Of a stretch of DNA of 64,000 nt, positions 1 to 8,001 are shown piece after piece; position 1 is the first letter of the stretch; each line of letters begins with the position of its first letter. The notes below the pieces were generated by a model, which had not been told where the DNA came from, made no database searches, and worked only from the letters and a program-made list of their open reading frames with translations. The position numbers were made by a program, and so were the translations under genes. Origin of the DNA: an uncultured Chloroflexia bacterium. GTDB taxonomy: Bacteria; Chloroflexota; Limnocylindria; Limnocylindrales; CSP1-4. The stretch covers positions 615,637 to 679,636 of the forward strand of contig CAWCVO010000002.1 in assembly GCA_963798955.1 (NCBI GenBank). Reading direction: 5' to 3'.

Positions 1-508
1 GCCGGTCATAGGCGAGCATGAGCAACGACTTGAGCGGCAGGAAGCCGCTGCCGACGCGACGCTCGCTGACGCTGAAGAGCTCCTGTTCGGCTCTGTCGAT
101 GGCCTCGCTTACGTCGGCGGAGTCGTCGAAGCCGATGGAAGCGATCTTGCCCGCTGCGCCGATCAGGTTGCGCAGCACTGCCTTGCGTTCCACGATCCGC
201 GCATAGTGGAGCGCATTCACGGCGGTGGGGGTCAGGTTGATCAGGCTGGTGAGGTACGCGGAGCCGCCGACCTGATCGAGTGCCTCGCGTCGCTCCAGCG
301 TTTCGCTGACGGTAACGATGTCGACCGGTTCGCGCCGCTCGTAGAGCTCGAGGATCGCCTCGTAGATCTGGCCGTGGGCCTGGCGATAGAAATCCTGGGG
401 CTGCAGAGTGTCGGCCACCTCGATGACCGCGTCGCGATCGATCAGGAGCGCGCCAAGGACCGACTGTTCGGCCTCGATTGACTGCGGCGGGAGGCGGTCG
501 ATGGACAC
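1..508 (-). CDS. dnaB: replicative DNA helicase DnaB, N-terminal part (3' end beyond window)
   Basis: Minus-strand translation gives SIDRLPPQSIEAEQSVLGALLIDRDAVIEVADTLQPQDFYRQAHGQIYEAILELYERREPVDIVTVSETLERR...YLTSLINLTPTAVNALHYARIVERKAVLRNLI, the typical DnaB N-domain. Start GTG at 506-508 with GGAG 10 nt upstream. The plus-strand ORFs 18..206, 206..481 and 408..881 are antisense artefacts. Confidence 0.8.
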   Translation of the reverse strand, partial: MSIDRLPPQSIEAEQSVLGALLIDRDAVIEVADTLQPQDFYRQAHGQIYEAILELYERREPVDIVTVSETLERREALDQVGGSAYLTSLINLTPTAVNALHYARIVERKAVLRNLIGAAGKIASIGFDDSADVSEAIDRAEQELFSVSERRVGSGFLPLKSLLMLAYDR

Positions 509-641
509 TAGTGAGCGATCTCCAGCGGGTTTGACCGGCTCAATCGTCGGCCAGTGCCCGTGGCCACGGCAACCAGGTTATGGACGAGGTGCGTCCCCCT
601 TTTTCCGGCGGGCTGTGGATTGTGTGGACGGAGTCATTCCA

Positions 642-1286
642 TCAGTCGACGCGGCGGATGACTCCGATCAACTTGCCCTGGATCCGAACATCGTCGTAGA
701 ACTGCGCCGCGTATTGCTCGTTGGCCGGTTGCAGGCGCACGCGGTTCTTCTCCTTGAAGAAGCGCTTGAGCGTCACCGCGTTGTCCTCTACCTGAGCAAC
801 GACGATGTCGCCATCCCGCGCGGTCTGCTGTGGACGGATCACCACGTAGTCGCCGTCCGTGATGTGCGCCTCGATCATTGAGTCACCACGGACGCGCAGG
901 ACGTAGGCGTTGGCGTCTGCGGCGACGGCCTCCGGAACCGTGAGCGCCTCCGTGGTCTCCTGATATGCCTCGATGGGACCGCCGGCGGCGATCTCGCCGA
1001 TGACGGGCAGTGACCGGATGGCGGCCGGCAGCTGGCTGATCATGGCGCCCACGCCGACGCGCAGTGACGCCGCGGGAGTGAGGCGGATGGCCCGTGACGT
1101 ACTCGCGCCGCGCTCGAGATAGCCCTCGCGCTCAAGCGCCTGGAGGTGGTGATGTACCGCCGAGGTCGACGCCAGGTCAACTGCCTGGGCGATCTCGCGC
1201 ACGGACGGCGGATAGCCGCGCTCGCGGATGGTCGCGGCGATGTATTCGACGATGCGCTGCTTGCGCGCGGCGTCGTGTTTGGTCAC
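642..1286 (-). CDS. lexA: LexA transcriptional repressor
   Basis: 214 aa with an N-terminal winged HTH (IVEYIAATIRERGYPPSVREIAQAV) and a C-terminal S24 peptidase domain (VLRVRGDSMIEAHITDGDYVVI...). Full-length match to the LexA family. Confidence 0.95.
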   Translation of the reverse strand: MTKHDAARKQRIVEYIAATIRERGYPPSVREIAQAVDLASTSAVHHHLQALEREGYLERGASTSRAIRLTPAASLRVGVGAMISQLPAAIRSLPVIGEIAAGGPIEAYQETTEALTVPEAVAADANAYVLRVRGDSMIEAHITDGDYVVIRPQQTARDGDIVVAQVEDNAVTLKRFFKEKNRVRLQPANEQYAAQFYDDVRIQGKLIGVIRRVD

Positions 1287-1314
1287 CGGCGCCTCCTTCT
1301 AATCGGGAACATAC

Positions 1315-1328
1315 CGAACGTCTGTTCG
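1315..1328. promoter_or_regulatory. LexA (Cheo) box CGAACGTCTGTTCG in the lexA / DUF1232 divergent intergenic
   Basis: Perfect GAAC-N4-GTTC palindrome 27 nt upstream of the lexA start and 56 nt upstream of the divergent gene at 1384. Confidence 0.7.
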
Positions 1329-1383
1329 ATTGTCAAGCGCGCCGGGGCTGCCACAGTCGGCCACTTATATACTCGGCGCTCCG

Positions 1384-1869
1384 ATGGCTCGAAAGAAGAA
1401 ATCGCGCGGCCGACGGCTGCTGCGCCTCGCCAACCTGATTCCCTTCCTGCCGATGGCGGGCCGGGCGCCCCAGTATGCCCGCCTGCTGTGGGCGCTGGGC
1501 ACCGATCCGCGTGTGCCCTCCGCACGCAAGGTAATGCTGGTGCTGGCCGGCCTGTACGTGGTCAGTCCAGTCGACCTGATCCCGGAGCGAATTCCGATTG
1601 TTGGCGCGCTGGATGACGTGGCGGTCGTGGTGCTCGCCCTGGACGTGTTCTTCGAGGGCCTGCCACCGGCGCTCGTGGCTGAGAAGCTCGAGCAACTCGG
1701 GATCGTGAGGTCGGAGTTCGACGCGGACCTGGCGCGTGTCCGCGGATTGGTACCCAAGCCGGTGCGCGCGGCGGTCGCCGCGTTGCCGGGGTTGATCGAT
1801 ACAGTCGGTCGCCGTGTAGGCGATCTGATTTCCCAGAACATGAACAGTGAGGAGGAAGCCGGCGCGTGA
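1384..1869 (+). CDS. DUF1232/YkvA-like small membrane protein
   Basis: MARKKKSRGRRLLRLANLIPFLP...VVSPVDLIPERIPIVGALDDVAVVVLALDVF, the DUF1232 signature (lipid-binding-like). The upstream M at 1330 is less likely. The 3' end overlaps the rplI start. Confidence 0.65.
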   Translation: MARKKKSRGRRLLRLANLIPFLPMAGRAPQYARLLWALGTDPRVPSARKVMLVLAGLYVVSPVDLIPERIPIVGALDDVAVVVLALDVFFEGLPPALVAEKLEQLGIVRSEFDADLARVRGLVPKPVRAAVAALPGLIDTVGRRVGDLISQNMNSEEEAGA

Positions 1870-2312
1870 AGGTGATCCTGACCGCCGACGTCGACAAGCT
1901 CGGCAAGAGCGGCGAGCTGAAGGACGTTGCCGAGGGCTACGCACGCAACTACCTGCTGGCGCGCAAGCTGGCGGTACCTGCGACAGGTGGCGCATACCGT
2001 GCCTGGCAGCACGACATTGCTTCGCGCGAGGACAAGCGCAAGCGTGAGCGCGAAGAGGCCGAGATCGCGTCACAGCGCATCGGCTCAACCACGCTGACCA
2101 TGGGCGTCAAGGTGGGCGAGGGCGGCAAGCTCTATGGATCGATCACCGCCAAGGACATTGCCGATGCGCTGGCCCGGCGCGGCATCGAGGTCGACCGCCA
2201 CAAGATCGACCTGGAAGAGCCGCTCAAGATGCTCGGCACGTACAAGGTCGCCATCAAGGTCTTCCCGGGCATGACGCCCGAAGTGACGGTGGACGTCGAG
2301 CCCAAGGGCTGA
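1866..2312 (+). CDS. rplI: 50S ribosomal protein L9
   Basis: MKVILTADVDKLGKSGELKDVAEGYARNYLLARKLAVPAT...KVAIKVFPGMTPEVTVDV, canonical L9. Confidence 0.95.
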   Translation: MKVILTADVDKLGKSGELKDVAEGYARNYLLARKLAVPATGGAYRAWQHDIASREDKRKREREEAEIASQRIGSTTLTMGVKVGEGGKLYGSITAKDIADALARRGIEVDRHKIDLEEPLKMLGTYKVAIKVFPGMTPEVTVDVEPKG

Positions 2313-2729
2313 TCCTCGCGCACCGCGGCTGCCCCTTGACGGTTTCAGGCCGAGCCGGCGCGTATCGCGTCATTTGCGCACTGGGCGCGCCTTATCCACG
2401 TGGCGAGGTGTTTGCGGCACCAGATGCGCGTGGGCTGCGCACATGGTTTGTCGCAGCCGGTGGTTCGTGCGGGAGGTCGCCCATCGTCGGCGGCGTACTG
2501 AGTGTCGGTCGGTGCCTAACTCGCGCTGTGCGCGTAGATGAACGAGAGGGCGACGCGGCCTGAGCTCGTCAGGCATACGTAGGTGGCACTCGCCTCGTCA
2601 ACGGGCGATCCTGCTACCGGTGAACCTCTTGAGCCTGGCAGGGGTGCTGAGCTAGCACGTTCGCGCCTTTCACGGCCTACACGCCACCCAACAAATGACG
2701 GTGTGACACGCTAGCTGCGCCTCGCGACG

Positions 2730-4010
2730 GTGCATGATGCGCCAATGAGCGGCGCGCGCCCGGTCAGGACGATCCTGCACGTCGACCTCGACGCGTTCTT
2801 TGCCGCGGTCGAGCAGCGCGATCGGCCGGAGCTGCGCGGCAAGCCGGTGGTCGTCGGCGGTGGCGGTCCGAATGACCGCGGCGTCGTGAGTGCGGCGTCG
2901 TACGAAGCGCGCAGGTTCGGCGTTCGTTCGGCGATGCCGCTGCGGACGGCGGCGGCGCTCTGTCCACAGGCAGTGTTCCTACCCGTCGACGGGCGCAAGT
3001 ACGCCCAGGCCAGCGAGCAGGTGATGGCGGTCCTGCGCCGCTTCACGCCACGCATCGAGCAACTGTCGATCGACGAGGCGTTCCTGGACGTTACCGGCAC
3101 CGAGGCGTTGTTCGGCAGCGGCGAGGAAGTCGGCCGGCGCATCAAGCAGGCGGTCCGTGACGAGACCGGGCTGACCGTGTCGGTGGGGGTAGCCGCTAAT
3201 CGGCTGGTGGCCAAGATCGCTTCGGATCTGCGCAAGCCCGACGGGCTGGTCATCGTGCCACGGGGTACCGAGCGCGAATTCCTGGCGCCACTGCCGATCG
3301 AGCGACTATGGGGCGTGGGCGCCAGCACGCGGCGCGGGCTGTCCGACTTCGGGGTGCAGACGATCGGGGACCTGGCCGCTCTGCCGGAGGACGCTCTGCG
3401 GCGCCGCTTCGGCAGCCACGGCCCCGAGCTGATCCTGCGCGCGCAGGGCGTGGGTGAGACGGACGTGGGCGGGCTGGAGCATGCCAAGTCGGTCAGCCAC
3501 GAGCACACCTTCGACGTGGACACAGCCGATTGGGAGGTACTCGAACGCACCTTGCTGTCGCTAAGTGAGGGAGTGGCCGGCCGACTGCGGGCGACGGGCG
3601 TCCGTTGCACGACCGTGGCGGTGAAGATCCGCAACTCGGAGTTCGTGACCATCACTCGCCAGCGAACCCTGGAGGATCCGACCGACCTGACCGACGTCAT
3701 CTGGCGGACGGCGGTCACTCTGGTACGACGGGAGGTGGGTCGGATGAAGATCCGGCTGCTCGGCGTTGCCGGCACGGGCCTGACCGAGCACCGCCAAATG
3801 GAGCTGTTCGAGACGAACGACGAGAAGCACCGGCGTGCCGTCGAGGCGACCGACGAGGTCCGACGACGGTTCGGCAGCCGGGCGATCAGACGCGCACGAC
3901 TGCTCGACGACGGCGTTCACGAGCCGTTCGAACGCGACCCGCGGCGCTTGCCGTTGGTGGACCAACCACGCGTCCCCAACGATGGCGACCGTTCGCGCAA
4001 GGAGTTGTGA
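2730..4010 (+). CDS. dinB: DNA polymerase IV (Y-family translesion polymerase)
   Basis: ILHVDLDAFFAAVEQRDRPELRGKPVVVGG...SIDEAFLDVTG...GVGASTRRGL, the Y-family catalytic core plus little-finger domain. The start may be the ATG at 2745 (MSGARP). Confidence 0.92.
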   Translation: MHDAPMSGARPVRTILHVDLDAFFAAVEQRDRPELRGKPVVVGGGGPNDRGVVSAASYEARRFGVRSAMPLRTAAALCPQAVFLPVDGRKYAQASEQVMAVLRRFTPRIEQLSIDEAFLDVTGTEALFGSGEEVGRRIKQAVRDETGLTVSVGVAANRLVAKIASDLRKPDGLVIVPRGTEREFLAPLPIERLWGVGASTRRGLSDFGVQTIGDLAALPEDALRRRFGSHGPELILRAQGVGETDVGGLEHAKSVSHEHTFDVDTADWEVLERTLLSLSEGVAGRLRATGVRCTTVAVKIRNSEFVTITRQRTLEDPTDLTDVIWRTAVTLVRREVGRMKIRLLGVAGTGLTEHRQMELFETNDEKHRRAVEATDEVRRRFGSRAIRRARLLDDGVHEPFERDPRRLPLVDQPRVPNDGDRSRKEL

Positions 4011-4059
4011 CGCACTAGCTGTCACAAAGGCGCGCAATTCTCCGGGCGTTGTTGACAAA

Positions 4060-4073
4060 CGAACATCCGTTCG
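4060..4073. promoter_or_regulatory. LexA (Cheo) box 1, CGAACATCCGTTCG
   Basis: GAAC-N4-GTTC palindrome immediately downstream of a TTGACA -35-like hexamer (4052-4057). Confidence 0.65.
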
Positions 4074-4089
4074 AATAGCGTGCTCAAGT

Positions 4090-4103
4090 AGAACAGATGT
4101 TCT
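4090..4103. promoter_or_regulatory. LexA (Cheo) box 2, AGAACAGATGTTCT
   Basis: Second perfect GAAC-N4-GTTC palindrome, 17 nt upstream of the ATG at 4120, just before the GGAGGA RBS. Confidence 0.65.
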
Positions 4104-4119
4104 AGGCGCGGAGGATGAA

Positions 4120-4377
4120 ATGGCAATTGTTCGAGTGGCGCCCACGCAGGTGGACGTCAGGTGCGGGCTGCTCGATGGCCGCCCACGGGCGATACGGGTG
4201 GATCGGGAGCGTGTGCCCGTTATTGAGATCCAGCAGGTCCGCGATGAGTTGGCGGCATATCCGGCGGCGCGGGGGCCGCTGCGAATCTTCGAGGTGCTCA
4301 CGCCGGACGCGCGGTTGAGGCTCGCTTATGAGCGCCGCCAGCGGCGCTGGCTGCTCGAAGGACGGGAGGCCGCCTGA
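4120..4377 (+). CDS. small hypothetical protein (85 aa), predicted SOS-regulated
   Basis: MAIVRVAPTQVDVRCGLLDGRPRAIRVDRERVPVIEIQQVRDELAAYPAARGPLRIFEVLT... preceded by a GGAGGA RBS and two LexA boxes. No family recognised. Confidence 0.55.
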   Translation: MAIVRVAPTQVDVRCGLLDGRPRAIRVDRERVPVIEIQQVRDELAAYPAARGPLRIFEVLTPDARLRLAYERRQRRWLLEGREAA

Positions 4378-4452
4378 CCTACCGAAAGGAGAGCAGATGG
4401 CAACTGCCTCAGGACAAGTCGTGCAGGAGGATGCTGAGCGACAATCCTCTGC

Positions 4453-5112
4453 GTGGATGCCGTATCTCCATTTGCCGAACTGACGCTCGCCGAATTCGAG
4501 GAGCGTCTCGCTTCGGCTGACCCGGTCCCGGGCGGCGGCAGCGCCTCGGCGATTGCCGGGAGCATGGCCGCGAGCCTCCTGGCGATGGTTGCCAGGTTGA
4601 GCCTGGACCGCCCGAAGTACGCAGCGTTCGACGCCACGTGCCGGCGTGCACTAGGGACCGGGGAGGCGACACGACAGCGGCTGCTGGCGCTCGCCGACGA
4701 GGATGCCCAGGCATATGCGGCGTTTGCTGCTGCGCGGAAGATGCCTCGCGAAACGGAAGCGGAGCAGCAAGCCCGCGAGGAAGCATCGCGGGTAGCGGCG
4801 CGCCGGGCGTCAGAGATACCGATCGCGGCGGCTCGCGAATGCGCGTTGGTAGTCTACGAGGTCGCGGCGATGGCCGGGCGCAGCAACCTGAATGCCGCGA
4901 GCGATCTCGAGGTTGCCGCGCGGCTGGCCGCTGCCGCTGCCCACGGGGCGGCAGCCAACGTGATGATCAACCTGCCCATGGTGGGTGACGAGGCATTTGC
5001 CAATGCGCTGACGGCCGAGATCGGCGAGTTGCTCGAGGACGTCGAGCGTGCTGCGGCCGAGGTGGCCGAGCGCGTGCGAACGGGGTCGCTGAGAGAGCCG
5101 GAGCCGGCATGA
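4453..5112 (+). CDS. fchA: formimidoyltetrahydrofolate cyclodeaminase / methenyl-THF cyclohydrolase family protein (FtcD C-domain-like)
   Basis: LTLAEFEERLASADPVPGGGSASAIAGSMAASLLAMVARLS... and a C-terminal Ala-rich helix bundle typical of the cyclodeaminase/cyclohydrolase family. GTG start. Confidence 0.85.
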   Translation: MDAVSPFAELTLAEFEERLASADPVPGGGSASAIAGSMAASLLAMVARLSLDRPKYAAFDATCRRALGTGEATRQRLLALADEDAQAYAAFAAARKMPRETEAEQQAREEASRVAARRASEIPIAAARECALVVYEVAAMAGRSNLNAASDLEVAARLAAAAAHGAAANVMINLPMVGDEAFANALTAEIGELLEDVERAAAEVAERVRTGSLREPEPA

Positions 5113-6089
5113 CGGTCGCACGTCCGGCGGCACCGCTCCGTTTCCCGCGCTTGCGGGCCGTGGGTGACGCCGGCGACGTGCTGCGCTACGACGAGCCGGC
5201 ACGCATCCTCGATGGCCGGCCGCTCGCCGCGGAGATCAAGGGCCGTGTGCGCCGCCAGGTCGGCACGTTTCGAAGGCGGTATGGCTTCGATCCCGTGTTG
5301 ACCGCGGTGATGGTGGGGCACGAGGCGGCGTCGAGTGTGTATGTCCAGCAGATCTTGCGGTCGTGCGCTTCGGTGGGGATTCCCAGCAGGGTGCTCGAAC
5401 TTCCACGCTCCATCTCGACGGAGGCTTTCCGCAGGCGGATCGAGGAACTGAACGGGGACCCCGAGGTGGCCGGCGTCATCGTCCAGCAGCCGCTGCCCCG
5501 CCACATTCCGCTGAGCGCCCTGACCGACACGATCATGCCGGCCAAGGACATCGATGGCATCCATCCGCTCAACACCGGCCTCATGACGCTCGGCTACGAG
5601 GGTTTCCTGCCGGCCTGCGCCGAGGCGGCGGTGGAGATTCCCAAGTTTTACGGTTATCCGCTCGAGGGCAAGCGGGCGGTGGTCATCGGCCGCAGCAACG
5701 TCGTGGGCAAACCTGTTCAGCTGCTGCTCGTGCGTGAGCACTGCACGGTCACCGTGTGTCATCGGCGGACGCGTGACCTCGCGGCCGAAATCGCGCGAGC
5801 AGAGATTGTCGTCTCGGCGGCGGGCGCGCCGGGGTTGATAACCGGGGACATGCTGCACCCCGGCGCGCTGGTCGTTGACGTGGGCATCAACGTGGTCAGG
5901 GGCCGCATCGTGGGCGACGTCGACTTCGACTCGGCGCTGCGCGTGGCCGCGGCGATAACCCCCGTGCCCGGCGGCGTCGGGCCGGTGACCAACGCCGTGC
6001 TCCTGGAACACCTCGTGCGCGCCGCACGCTGGCAGCAGACTGATCATCCACTGATCGCGGGCCGCGCGCGCAAGCGCCGCGCGGCCTAG
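5109..6089 (+). CDS. folD: bifunctional 5,10-methylene-THF dehydrogenase / methenyl-THF cyclohydrolase
   Basis: ...IVQQPLPRHIP...AKDIDGIHPLNTG...GKRAVVIGRSNVVGKPVQLLLVREHCTVTVCHRRT...DVGIN, canonical FolD. Confidence 0.93.
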   Translation: MTVARPAAPLRFPRLRAVGDAGDVLRYDEPARILDGRPLAAEIKGRVRRQVGTFRRRYGFDPVLTAVMVGHEAASSVYVQQILRSCASVGIPSRVLELPRSISTEAFRRRIEELNGDPEVAGVIVQQPLPRHIPLSALTDTIMPAKDIDGIHPLNTGLMTLGYEGFLPACAEAAVEIPKFYGYPLEGKRAVVIGRSNVVGKPVQLLLVREHCTVTVCHRRTRDLAAEIARAEIVVSAAGAPGLITGDMLHPGALVVDVGINVVRGRIVGDVDFDSALRVAAAITPVPGGVGPVTNAVLLEHLVRAARWQQTDHPLIAGRARKRRAA

Positions 6090-6102
6090 AACCAGGCGTG
6101 GC

Positions 6103-7794
6103 ATGAAGTCGAGCCTCGAGATCGCGCGCGCGGCCCCGCTGCGGCCCATCGCCGAGGTGGCCGCCGAACTTGGCCTCGAACCGGACGAGTACGAGCTGTA
6201 CGGACCGTACAAGGCCAAGGTGCGACCCAACGCCGCCGAGCGTCGCGCGGACCGGCCGAACGGCCGCGAGATCGTGGTCACCGCGATCACCCCAACGCCG
6301 CTGGGGGAGGGCAAGACGACCACGACCATCGGTCTCGCCCAGGGCCTCAACCGCATCGGCGTGCGAGCTGCGCCGACGATCCGGCAGCCGTCGCTGGGGC
6401 CGGTCTTCGGCCTGAAGGGCGGCGCGGCCGGTGGCGGCTACAGCCAGGTGCTGCCGATGGAGGAGATCAACATCCACTTCACCGGTGACCTGCACGCGGT
6501 GGCCGCGGCGCACAACCTCGCCGCCGCGTTCCTCGACAACCACCTGTTTCGAGGCAACGCACTGGGCATCGATCCGGCGACGGTGCGCTGGCCGCGGGTC
6601 GTCGACGTCAACGACCGCAGCCTGCGTCGCGTGGAGATCGGCCTGGGCGACAAGTCGGACGTGCGTGAGTCGGAATGGCACATTACGGCCGCGTCCGAGG
6701 TGATGGCCATCCTCGCCCTCGCCAGCGACATCCACGATCTCCGCGCGCGACTTGGTCGGGTGATCGTCGCCGAGAAGTACGCCGGCGGCCCGGTGACCCT
6801 GGACGACCTGAGGGTCGCGGGGGCCATGACCGTCCTGTTGCGCGAGGCGATCAAGCCCAACCTCGCACAGACGCTCGAAGGCGGCCCGGCATTCATCCAC
6901 GCCGGCCCGTTTGCCAACATCGCGCACGGAAATTCCTCGGTCGTCGCCGATCGGATCGCCCTGAAACTGGTCGACGCCGTGGTGACCGAGGCTGGCTTCG
7001 GCGCCGACATGGGCTTCCAGAAGTTCATCGACATCAAGTGCCGTCTGTCGGGTATTCGTCCGGCGGCGGCCGTGGTCGTGGCGACCATTCGGGCGCTCAA
7101 GATGCACGGCGGGGTCGGCCGAGTCGTGGCCGGTAAACCGCTCGACCCTGCGCTTGAACGCGAGGACCCCGAGGGCGTCGAGCGAGGTTGCGCGAACCTC
7201 GTGCAGCACATCGAGATCGTGCGCGGCTACGGATTGCCGGCTGTGGTCGCCATCAACACGTTCCCCAGCGACAAACCGTCGGAGATCGAGGTCGTGCGGC
7301 GCGTGGCCCTCGCCGCGGGCGCGAGCGATGCCGTGGTGACCGACCACTTTGCGCGCGGTGGCGCCGGCGCCGAGGAACTCGCCCGCGCCGTGTGGGCGGC
7401 GGCCGGCGCTGGCGCTCCCGGGTTTCGCTTCCTGTCGCGGGAGGACGCATCGCTGACGGAACGCATCGAGCGCATCGCGACCCGTGTCTACGGTGCCGAC
7501 GGCGTCGACTTCTCGGGCGAAGCGGCAAAGCAGCTGGCCGAGTTCGAACGACTGGGTTACGGCCATCTGCCGGTATGCATGGCCAAGACCCAGCTATCGC
7601 TCAGCCACGACCCGAACCTCAAAGGCAGGCCGACCGGGTTCCGGGTCCCGGTGCGCGACGCGCGCCTGTTCGCCGGAGCCGGCTTCGTGACCGCTTACTG
7701 CGGCGAGATGTTGATGATGCCCGGCTTGCCCTCGCGACCGTCGGGCGAAGACGTCGACATCAACGAGCGTGGCGAGACGGTGGGCCTCTTCTAG
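6103..7794 (+). CDS. fhs: formate--tetrahydrofolate ligase
   Basis: VTAITPTPLGEGKTTTTIGLAQGL..., the P-loop of FTHFS; 563 aa, full length. Confidence 0.95.
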   Translation: MKSSLEIARAAPLRPIAEVAAELGLEPDEYELYGPYKAKVRPNAAERRADRPNGREIVVTAITPTPLGEGKTTTTIGLAQGLNRIGVRAAPTIRQPSLGPVFGLKGGAAGGGYSQVLPMEEINIHFTGDLHAVAAAHNLAAAFLDNHLFRGNALGIDPATVRWPRVVDVNDRSLRRVEIGLGDKSDVRESEWHITAASEVMAILALASDIHDLRARLGRVIVAEKYAGGPVTLDDLRVAGAMTVLLREAIKPNLAQTLEGGPAFIHAGPFANIAHGNSSVVADRIALKLVDAVVTEAGFGADMGFQKFIDIKCRLSGIRPAAAVVVATIRALKMHGGVGRVVAGKPLDPALEREDPEGVERGCANLVQHIEIVRGYGLPAVVAINTFPSDKPSEIEVVRRVALAAGASDAVVTDHFARGGAGAEELARAVWAAAGAGAPGFRFLSREDASLTERIERIATRVYGADGVDFSGEAAKQLAEFERLGYGHLPVCMAKTQLSLSHDPNLKGRPTGFRVPVRDARLFAGAGFVTAYCGEMLMMPGLPSRPSGEDVDINERGETVGLF

Positions 7795-7801
7795 CCGGCC
7801 G

Positions 7802-7951
7802 TCAGCTGATCGCGAGCGCGAAGAAGAGCACCACGATCGCGCCGGCGATCACGCCGATCACTCCAGCGCCCCATGCTGCCCAGTCGATCGGTCCGAGCGC
7901 CGTTTCCGCGTGGCCGTGGTCGTCGTCGCTGAGCACTGCGTGGGCATCCAT
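7802..7951 (-). CDS. small His/Asp-rich single-TM protein (49 aa), hypothetical
   Basis: MDAHAVLSDDDHGHAETALGPIDWAAWGAGVIGVIAGAIVVLFFALAIS sits at the 3' end of the ABC operon. The longer ORF to 8098 overlaps the SBP gene. Confidence 0.3.
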   Translation of the reverse strand: MDAHAVLSDDDHGHAETALGPIDWAAWGAGVIGVIAGAIVVLFFALAIS

Positions 7952-8001
7952 GTGCGTCCCGGCGTGGTCCAAACCTTCGTCGTGAGCGCCGTGGGTCTCG
8001 G

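Noticed and set aside
18-881. Plus-strand ORFs 18..206, 206..481 and 408..881
   Set aside because: They are antisense to dnaB and lexA, which have clear homology on the minus strand. They are composition artefacts of high GC.
2560-2730. LexA box upstream of dinB
   Set aside because: Only half-sites (GCACGTTCGCG) are present; no GAAC-N4-GTTC palindrome was found. dinB here may not be directly LexA-controlled, or it uses a non-canonical site.
4320-4452. Possible ZTP (pfl) riboswitch ahead of fchA-folD-fhs (CTGGC ... GACGGGAGG ... CCGCCTGACC resembles the pfl core and the CCGCCUGGGCA 3' strand)
   Set aside because: The match is partial. The required linker between sub-domains is missing, and most of it lies inside the 3' end of the upstream ORF. 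Only an Rfam RF01750 scan could rescue it.
2711-7566. Long minus-strand ORFs 2711..3775 (354 aa), 4854..6356 (500 aa) and 5896..7566 (556 aa), plus similar Arg/Ala/Pro-rich ORFs elsewhere (for example 11431..12441, 14928..16028, 24459..46819-type overlaps)
   Set aside because: They lie antisense to, or out of frame with, strongly supported genes (dinB, folD, fhs, hutH, hutU and others). Their low-complexity Arg/Ala/Gly/Pro-rich translations are typical of non-coding frames in roughly 70% GC DNA.
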